In this document: piece by piece, positions 54,616 to 64,000 of the stretch
Layout of the letters: every line of letters starts with the position of its first letter
How positions within the stretch are numbered: position 1 is the stretch's first letter
NCBI GenBank assembly: GCA_951406725.2
Contig: OX597827.1
Location: 23,684,001-23,748,000, forward strand
Source: Octopus vulgaris
Lineage: Eukaryota
Direction: 5' to 3'
DNA: 64,000 nt
Position numbers and translations under genes: made by a program
Notes under the pieces: model-generated
Seen by the model: the letters and a program-made list of their open reading frames with translations, nothing else
What the model was told of the DNA's origin: nothing
Database searches by the model: none

Positions 54616-54792
54616 AATCTTTTCGGTTTGAACGGCAGTTTTTAACATAATTTCTAGGTAACTAAAAATTTGAAACTAACCCTAACCCTAAAATGGATTG
54701 AAATGCAATAGATTGATACTAGGGTCATAATTATGGGTGACAATTTCATATAACACCGCTAGAAAAAACTGCCGTTCAAACTGAAAAGATCC
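54616..54792. mobile_element. Same MITE, internally deleted copy
   Basis: Both TIRs retained, about 250 bp of interior missing; CTAACCCTAACCCTAA kept. Confidence 0.8.
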
Positions 54793-54959
54793 GATATCTC
54801 TTATAATAGTCTCAGGAAAGATTGCTGAATATGAAATTCAAGTAGTGACCAAAACATCAGTTTACACACACACACACGGCAGTTAAATGATGGGTTTCAT
54901 GCAGAAGCAACATGCTGTCATTGAATTGTTGATGAGCAAGTGGTATGGATTGTGGATCA

Positions 54960-55350
54960 AGGCGGCAAGCTGGCAGAACCGTTAGCACGCCGGGCGAAAT
55001 GCATAGCCGTATTTCGTCTGCCGTTACGTTCTGAGCTCAAATTCCACCGAGGTCGACTTTGCCTTTCATCCTTTCGGGGTCGATAAATCAAGTACCAGTT
55101 ACACACTGGGTCGATGTAATTGACTTAATCCGTGTATCTGTCCTTGTTTGTCCCCTCTGTGTTTAGCCCCTTGTGGGTAGTAAAGAAATAGGTATTTCGT
55201 CTGCCGTTACGTTCTGAGTTCAAATTCCGCCAAGGTTGACTTTGCCTTTCATCCTTTCGGGGTCGATAAATTAAGTACCAGCAACGCACTGGGGTCGATG
55301 TAATTGACTTAATTCGTGTATCTGTCCTTGTTTGTCCTCTCTGTGTTTAA
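54960..55350 (+). mobile_element. tRNA-derived SINE family B, tandem partial duplication (others at 37468-37925, 35600-35820, 34780-34975, 40780-41250, 41875-42070, 49380-49576)
   Basis: GGCGGCAAGCTGGCAGAA..GAGTTCAAATTCC..GCCTTTCATCCTTTCGGGGTCGATAAA. Confidence 0.85.
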
Positions 55351-55679
55351 CAAAGATATTTCACAAAAGCAATGTGCACTGGTAGACGAAGAAGAGGAAA
55401 GCAGCATTGAAGACTAATTATACTGTAAGCAACCATTCACTGCAACCACTGACACGAACCACTGGTCAGTGGATGAACTGATTCACAACCACTTTGTAGA
55501 AGTGGTGGACATTAGGAAGGGCATCCAGCCATAGAAACCCTGCCAAAACAGACAATTGGAGCCTGGGGTAGCTCTCTGGCTTGTAAGCTTCTGCCAAACC
55601 ATCCAACTTATACCAGCATGGGAAACAGAGTTAAATGATGATGATGATGAAGACGACGACAATGATAATGATGAAGGTA

Positions 55680-55950
55680 ATTTTTTTTCAAAACTAGTGA
55701 CAGGGAATGAAATGAGGCCTTAACTTTATGAACCAAATCAGTCTCAATCCATGGAACAGTTTAACATTTCTTCTTCAAAACCTAAGTAATTCAAGAGCTT
55801 GCAATCAGCACCAAAAGTTATGATGACTATATTTTGGAATGACAAGGCCATCATTTTCCTTGATCTTCTGGAACCTGGCTCTACCATGAAGAATGAGTGG
55901 TACTCAAAGATATTCTAAAAGCTTAGAGAAACTATTAAGAAGAGACAGAG
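55680..55950 (+). mobile_element. Mariner transposase fragment
   Basis: Translates to ..KLVTGNE..YEP..SAPKVMMTIFWNDKAIIFLDLLEPGSTM..LRETIKKR with stops. Confidence 0.75.
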
Positions 55951-57539
55951 CAAGGATCTGGAAATGATCTGCTTTTCAGTGCAAAGAAGGACAGTCTTTG
56001 AGGAAAACAATTTGATGAAAGAGGCTGAGAAGAAATGGGTACAGCAGTGTGCAAGTAAATTTTTTCAAAGAGGATTTTCAGGAGTTGGGTTCAGCAGTCG
56101 TGCGAGTGGATCAACTGAGACGGAGTCAATGGTTGAGGCTGTGGAGAGGAAGAGTTACTCTGCCATTGTGTATAGTTTGGACAACAAAGGAAAAGCATGG
56201 TCTGTCTCAGACTGTGCACACAGAAAGGTCTTTGGGATTCACCTTCTCAATCGTAGCAGATATACATTTTCATTTTTAATTGACAGAAAGTTACAGATTG
56301 ATAAATGCTTTCAACAAAACTCTCAACTGATAAGTCATTTTGTAACTTACTGTTGATTAATAAATAAAGAAAGTGTGTGTGTGTGTGTGAATGAGAGAGG
56401 GGGAGAGACAGACAGAGAGTAGAGAGGGGGGAGTGACAGAGAGACAGACAGACAGATAGAGAGGAAAGAGAAAGAGAGGGGGAGAGAGAGAGACAGACAG
56501 ATAGAGAAGAGAGAGAGAGAGGGAGAGACAGACAGAGAGGAGAGAGGGGGAGAGTGAGATAGCCTTCTGACACTGCAAGTATAATAATATCAGCCACTAA
56601 ATTCAAATGGGTAGGAGGTACCAGAGTCACATTATGTGTTTTATTCTCCTAACCCCCACCGTAATCCAGAGTTGGCTAAACTTCTCTTTGTGAAGACCAT
56701 AAGAACATGTCATAAGGTTTCTTTCTAGGGAGCTGCATTTGGCAACAAACTAAACATACTCAATAAGAATTGTCATTCTTACACAAAAACATAATTACCA
56801 TTCTTGTCCTGGAATTATTTGGAACTGAAAGTGATGTTGTGTCTTAAATGTTACTGAATAATTCCTCTAGTACGTAAATGAGGTTTATGTAACTATGCCC
56901 AATCCTTTCAAGTAATTTTCTGGTCAGGATTTGGCATTGCCAAAGTTATACGCCAGGCAGCATGCACATCTAAGTCTGTTAGAAGTTAGCTGTTCTTCAG
57001 TTAAATTTCTCTTTACAAATATATGTTGGGTACAAAGAATACACACATTTTCTTTGCAGGCTGTTTCTATTTACCAAACTTTTCTGCATTGATTCCTATA
57101 CAGAATAAAGTCAGGTGCATATTCTTAAAAATATTCCTGCAGAGTATTGTCTATGCTGAGATCATTAGACTCTGTTTCTTAAGGGGAAAAAAATGCAGCA
57201 AATTTATCAGTAAGCCGCCTTGCAGATGTATTTTTTTAAGACAGGTACCTGCTGGTTGTAGTTCTCTAAACAGGAATGTGTAACAGTTTGTATGTCTCTA
57301 AGAAGAAGGAGAAGACGGAGGAGGAGGAAGAGTTGTGTTTAGTTGTTTGGGAATGTGGGAAAATTTCACTTGAAATGATTACATTTCCAGGACTTTGGTA
57401 TCATCATGTTCATGATCATCATCGCTGTCATCATCATCATCATCGTCATCCTCATCGTTGTCGTCATCATCAGTCATCATCATCATCATCATCATCATCA
57501 TATTGGTCATTGTCATAATGATGACAGTGGCAGCGGCAA

Positions 57540-58680
57540 TAGGGCCAATACCTTGTAATTTAATCTTTTGCCAAAAATGTGAACTGTGAACACCGAATCA
57601 CGCAACCATTCTGTCTAAATGTTCTCATCTCATGTTCTTCATTTCAAAGAAGAACAGTTTCTTCTCTCAGATTCCGTGCTTTTCTCAGAACATTTCTCAT
57701 TCTTAACCAATGAACATTGCTATGATGCAGTTACATCTAAATATACATATTCTGTAACATCCAACAAACTCCGTCTGTAATTTAAACACCCACCCTAGCT
57801 CTAATTAAATTAATAACATATATTACTCCAGAATCAATCATGTGTAAAATCCAGAACAGATTTTTGCAGACACCTTTCGTATGTTCTATGGTGGAATGGA
57901 AACTCTGTGTGAAATGGAAGCTCATATTTCTCTTCGTTTTTAAACTGCTTTAGAAGACTTGCTTGTTCTCCTTTAACGAAGGTGTACCATCTGTTGTAAT
58001 GTTTGCCAACTTGTTCCAAGATAAACTAGACTATCCAAGCAGACAGAAATCTTGGCATTGCAAAATTATCACCAATTCCTCAAATAAATACAAGCAGTTA
58101 CACTGTGTCTCATAATGTCAGCACTTTCATCAAGTGCCAGTGAGTAATACACCAATGACTTGCCAACCTCAAGTAGAATCTACAAAATGGCTTCAATGTG
58201 GCAAACTGCAGTCCTCCTTGACAAAAACTTGGCTTCAGTTTCTGCTTTTAATCCGAGGCAAACAATATCAACTACATCAGACTTACAGTCATTGAAAAAT
58301 TCTGCTAGAATTGAATTCTGTTTGGCAATTTTATAACCAAGCACAAAGCTTGTCTTTGTGGTAGCTTTTTGCATGATTGTTTTACAATGAAAGTTTTTTC
58401 TTTTAAATTTCTCAATGTCGCTGGTATTTTCACCATAGTTCCACTCTCTGATAAATTACCTGCAAAGTTACTGTGTTTTATCTAAAATTATATCTTCAAA
58501 TTATCGTATATTTTTTTTGCCTACAAGTTGAATTTTTCCCAACCAAAATTCAAAGCCAGGTTGACTTACACATCAAAATGATTTTGGAGAACCAAAAGTT
58601 CTTTGTGAATTGCAACAGGATTTGTAAAGATGTTAGAATGTTTACCCTACATTGACTTGTCTGCCAGAAAATATGGTATA
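57540..58680 (-). pseudogene. Decayed hAT (GTF2IRD2/Charlie-like) transposase
   Basis: Fragments SFVLGYKIAKQ..AEFFNDC..FLSRRTA and YYSLALDESAD on the minus strand, with many stops and frameshifts. Confidence 0.65.
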
Positions 58681-59569
58681 CACCTTAAAAATATCAACAC
58701 TGTCATGGTATTTAAGGAATATTGCTTTATTTCTAATATCTATAAATGAATGTCTATTCATCCATGCTTTATTATCTATATACAACATTCAATTTTTGTA
58801 ATTTTCATAGCAGTCATTGTTAGAATAAATTTAAAATCAATCATCATCATCATCACTGTTTAACGTCCGCTTTCCATGCTAGCATGGGTTGGACGATTTT
58901 GACTGAGGGCTGGCGAGCCAGATGGCTGCACCAAGCTCCAATCTTGATCTGGCAGAATTTCTACAGCTGGATGCCCTTCCTAATGCCAACCACTCCAAGA
59001 GTGTAGTGGGTGCATTTTACATGCCACCGGCACGGGGGCCACTCAGGCGGCACTGGCAATGACCTTGCTCGAATCTTTTTACACATGCCACCAGCACAGG
59101 TGCCAGTGAAGCAATGTTGATAACGATCACACTCGAATGGTGCCCTTTTACGTGCCATGGGTACGGAAGCCAGTTGGCTGCTCTGGCAACGATCACGTTC
59201 GGATGGTGTTCTTGGCACCCTACTAGCACAGGCATAAGTGCCAGTAAGGTGACGCTGGTAACAATCATACTCGAATAGCCGCTCTGTCAACGATCACACT
59301 CATATGGTGCACTTTGCACCCCACTTGCACGAATGCCAGTCATATATTTTGAAATTATTAAACATATGTTGAACACTTTGCAGTTCTCGTTTCAAAATAG
59401 TCACTTTTAACTGTAATCTTATTAAACTCTTTGTGCACACAATAAAAATGTATGTAAGAAATTTGGTGAGAATGTCTGCTGGTTGCATGCAGCCAGCTGC
59501 CAGTCATAATTTTCCCACCTCTGCCCTACATTATCAATTGGCCACTCAACATAATAGGATCATCTAACA

Positions 59570-60470
59570 TCTTACCATGGTAACCAGTGTTACTCATTGT
59601 TATTATGTGGTGTGGAGGACTGAGAGATCTTCATGAATCATCAGTGAATGTGTGCGGGAATTACCATGGATAAAGTTTGTGTTGGTGGGTCACCTTCAAC
59701 ACTCACCCTTCCCCTCCTAAATTCAGCTGCCCACTTTTGCACTGTTGATAAAGCTGGAGCATCATCCCCTAATGTAGCAACCATGTCAGCTTGAACGTCC
59801 CTGGGAGCTAAGCCCTTTTTTCTGCAGGTACTTTATAATAATTGGCATGCGTGCCAGTGAAACGTTAAAAGCACATCCGAGTGTGATGGTTGCCAGGGCC
59901 ACGGATTGGCTCCCATTTGCCGGTGGAACATAAAAAGCACCATTCAAGCGTGATCGTTGCCAGCGTCACCTTACCAGCACGTGAAAAACAACATTCGAGC
60001 GTGGTCATTGCCAGTGCCACCGGACTGGCTCCCATGCAGGTAGCACATAAAAAACACCTTTTGAACATGGTTGTTGCCAGAACTGCCTGACTGGCCCTCG
60101 GGACAGTGACATGTAAAAGCATTCACTACACTCTCAGAGTGGTTGGCATTAAGAAGGGTATCCAGCTGTAGAAACTTTGCCAGATCAGATTGAGCCTGGT
60201 GCAGCCTTCTGGCTCACCAGTCCTCCATCAAACCGTCCAACCCATGCCAGCATGGAAAGCAGATGTTAAATGACGATGATGATGATGATGATGACAACTC
60301 CAAATTTTGTCCGTTTTCAAGTGAAGTCCCTACTAGTTACATTTGAAGTTTTCTTTGAACAATCAGATATTAGTTTACTTGGAAAGAAATAATGAAGTGA
60401 AATGAATACATGCAAGATTTCACAGCTGTGGCATCTAGTTGGCCTATCAACTTTCCAGCCCACCCTCATA
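59570..60470 (-). mobile_element. Mariner 5' part (HTH region and TIR) interrupted by a SINE at ~59850-60295
   Basis: Minus strand IKYLQKKGLAPRDVQADMVATLGDDAPALSTVQKWAAEFRRGRVSVE; TIR-like TATGAGGGTGGGCTGGAAAGTT at 60449-60470. Confidence 0.75.
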
Positions 60471-62339
60471 GCTCCAGAAGACATGCCCACCTCAGTGAAA
60501 CCGAGTTCTGGAAGCACTGTACATGTGTGTACAACAATGAGCACTTTGCCCAGTCTCCTCAGCAAATCACCTCAACCCATCCACCCATCATCTCTCCCTC
60601 TCCTGCTCTCTTGATGCTGTTGTATTTTTCTTGCTACCCTACCAGAACCATTTCCTTTGTAATCCATTCTTCATCCATTCTCTCCACCCACACTTTATAT
60701 CGATCAAAACCCCACTCCACCTCCACACACACTGAACTACCCAACCAAATATCTCTCCTCATGCATGGTGCTTGCCTTTCTCCTCCCCCCCTCCAACTCC
60801 TTGGGCCTGCTCTAACCACATGTCATTTCTCTCTCATCGTCCATCCCCACCCCTGGTGACTGTATCATCATTACTACCCTGCATCCCTCTACCTTCTCCA
60901 ACTCCTGCATCATTCGTCATCTCCCACCCCTTATCCACCCTTCAACCCTACCCAGTCATAACAATTGTTCCCTCCCTCCTTTCCTCTCTTTCCCAGCCTC
61001 TCATCGCTTGTTCCTCCCCCTCCCCACCACCACCACCACATACTCACGCAAACCACCCAACTCTCTTCGTTCCTCTATCCTCATTCACTTCTCCTCACTT
61101 CGTCGTGCCATAAAGGCTCACCTGGACACTTCATCACCAATATCTATTGCTTTGCAGCTCCTCTTCTCCCTCTTTTTCACCGTGTAAAGCCATGTAGCCC
61201 TTCTACAAGAATCTGCTCAGCCTTTTTCTAGCATTCCTTATGGGGTTTACGGTCTTGCGAGCTGCATGGCAACCTCACAAGTGCTAGTGGCACAAAAAAA
61301 AAGGGGTCCATGTTGCAAAGATCGGGTATCATAGCATCTATGCTATATTAGAAATGGTAGCATAGAAACCGTGCCAAAGCAGAGCCTGTGTGCTTATATG
61401 TTTATCACACACACACACACATACACACACAGACGTTTCTCGGTATATCAAATTGAAAATTACTGTAGTCTTCAGCTTCCAATAGACATACTAAATAATT
61501 TGTTCTTCTTCAGTATTGTATACTCTTCGTTTTCCCTCCTTGTTCTCACAGAACTGTTCGTGTGTGTGTGTGAGCGCGCGAGTGCGTGATTGTACGTGCG
61601 TGCGCGTGCTTGTGTGGGCGCGCGAGTGCGTACGTATACGTGTGTGTGTGTGTGTGTCCATATCTCATTCTGACAATAAACTCTTCTCTTCATCTTCCTT
61701 TCTCTCTCTCTCCTTTCCCTCCCTCTCTCTCAATTCTCATTTCATCCTTAAATTCTCACAATATTTCTGTACTTGATCCCACATCCCTTAATCTTCTCCA
61801 CTCATTTCCCCTGTTGTTAAAATAAGTACCAGTTATGTATTAGGGTTGTTGTCGTCAAGTAACCCTGTCGCCGTGTAGTTCTGTGTCCGTCCGTCCCCCT
61901 CCATCTCCGACCATTATTTCTATCTTTCCCCATTTATCCTCCCCATCTCATTCTTCTCTCTCTGTTTCCCTTTTTTGTTAACGTCTGCCAACAACAGCAA
62001 CCTTCTACTTTTCTCTTCTCTCACTTTCCCCCCATACCTTTCTCCCTCTTCTTAATCTTTTCTCTCTTTTATCTTTACCCTTTATTCCTCTCTCTCTCCC
62101 TTTTCCTAATATATCGTCTGTCTTTTTTCTTTACTTCTCACTCATCCATCAAATCCTCATCTTTTACCCTTTCTCTCTTTCCCCTCCTCCTCTCTCTCCC
62201 ACATCACACCATTTCTTTCTCTTCCTATTTCCCTCCTCTCCCTTTTTACCCTATCTCCTACTTCTCCTCGTCCTCCACCCAAACATTCTTCCCTCCCTCT
62301 CTTTCTGAGTGTTGTTTACCAATTTTTCACTCTCTCTAA

Positions 62340-62420
62340 TTGTCTGTCAGTTCGACTGATTGCCTGTTCATTATAAAACCATTCTGCGACCGCCGTTCCT
62401 TGCTCAGTAGTGCTGCTGTT
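62340..62420 (+). promoter_or_regulatory. Possible core promoter
   Basis: TATAAAA at 62372-62378 and Inr-like TCAGT at 62404-62408, downstream of a ~650-bp polypyrimidine tract and upstream of CpG-rich unique sequence. Confidence 0.3.
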
Positions 62421-63052
62421 GTCCTCTTTGCTAGTCGAGCTGTAGTGGTATATATATATAAATGTATGTATATAGACATCTAAGGAGATAGATATATATG
62501 TATGTGTGTATATATAATATCTTGGAGAACGAGTTATTTATTTAGCGGTGAATTGTCAGCCGTCCGGCCATTCAGTTTTATTTAATTTACAAAACAGAAG
62601 AAATTGAAACAAAAATTGCTAAACGCGAAAACTATTCGCGAAAAAAATTGGACATTACTTAAAACCTACCAAATACCTGATTAAGGAAGCAGGTATTCGA
62701 GTCTGGGAGAAATAATCCCACATTTAACAAGGCCACTGACCCTCTCCGTTAATTAATTGTAATTGACGCTGTTAAACTAATATTTATTATTATTATTATT
62801 GTCACTGGGCAAAATAAAGAAGGCGGGAAAACAATTCGAAAATTAAATGATTATAATCGATAAATTGATTAAAAATCAAACGAACATGTTGATTTACGAA
62901 ATTATCTCGAGTTTATCGAATTTTACGTGATTAATGACGAGAAGGAAAATTCGCCAAAAATATGGAGAATAAATAAATAGACATTGTTAATATGTCTTAA
63001 ATAAATAATCGAACTGAGATATTTAATAATTCGTCAACGTGAAGCAGAAACC

Positions 63053-63208
63053 ATGAATATTGGAGAAAGGAGCAGCTTCTGTGCAATGGAATCAATCCGG
63101 CCTGATCTTTCCTTGCACCTCTGGCCAATTCTGCAAGCACCCCCTTCACCTTTTCGTAATGATGGTTGCATCACCATCTACTCCACCCTGGGACACCTCA
63201 TACATGTC
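63053..63208 (+). CDS. Candidate alternative first coding exon (52 codons, phase-0 donor)
   Basis: AAACC-ATG context, non-repetitive ORF MNIGERSS...GHLIHV, then GTAAGT at 63209. Preceded by about 700 bp of repeat-poor, CpG-retaining sequence. Confidence 0.45.
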
Positions 63209-64000
63209 GTAAGTTGCAATTTCTTTCGGACCACCTCACATTTTGTGTGCAAGTGTGTGCGTGTATGCACGTGTGTATGTGTGTGTGTGTGCATATGCGC
63301 ACTTACGTTCTTTTCTTTGTTTAATTCTTCATTGCTACGGCAACACTGGAGCATCACAGACACATATGCATATATATATATATATATATAAATTCACCTT
63401 ATTGTGAAGTTGTACGGTTAATACCGCACTAATTTTTGGTGCTTCCACCTAAGTACCTAATTCATCTGAATCTCAATTATTTTGCTATATATATATTGAC
63501 AACTATAAATGAATTAGGCTTATCATTGTATGCGCACACACGCGCGCGTCATATACACGCATATACAATTCTGTATACATGAATAATGCATGCGAACACA
63601 TCTACAATATAGATATGTATATATGTATATATTTGCTTGCTTGCGCGCACGTATATATAATGTGTATATATGTTTTGCGTGTATATGTGTATTTGATAAA
63701 TGCAATGCGTGTTTATGATATTGAAAATGCTAATAGGAGGAAAAGGCTATTTTGTACTCCTAATTTGTGTGTGTGTGTGTTGGAAACGGATTGAATGTAT
63801 ACATCTAGCAACTGGATATCTGTGTGTGTGTATATATATATGTATCTATATGTACTTCTGTGCGTGTGTATTTATAACCTTCCAACTTATACCAATATGG
63901 AAAAACGAAAGTTAAAACTGACACTAAATGCCACGCTCCTCCCTCCTAGCATCATCGTCATCATCACCACCATCATCATCATCGTCGTCTATGGATGCTG

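Overview
AT-rich eukaryotic DNA dense in microsatellites and SINEs. The repeat families resemble those of Octopus (inference). One clear protein-coding exon is present (43331-43978, +), a coiled-coil protein resembling the JAKMIP N-terminus, with a possible alternative first exon at 63053-63208. There is also a decayed tRNA-Asp, plus mariner, hAT, piggyBac-like, Helitron, RTE and CR1 relics. Almost all listed ORFs are microsatellite artefacts. The main hidden signal is about a dozen type I hammerhead-ribozyme (HHR) motifs from at least 7-8 unrelated sequence families. The intact copies have a self-complementary (dimer-type) stem III, and several have core variants (G3:C8, U4C, A6U) or long branched stem II insertions. 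They lie in short non-coding elements, mostly next to (TA)n tracts, which often form head-to-head inverted duplications (foldbacks). In two cases the foldback arm starts at or next to the predicted self-cleavage site. This fits Penelope-like retroelement pLTR/retrozyme biology. The best-preserved example is a ~204-bp inverted pair of canonical HHRs about 300 nt into the intron after the JAKMIP-like exon. All structures were read by eye; no searches or folding programs were run.
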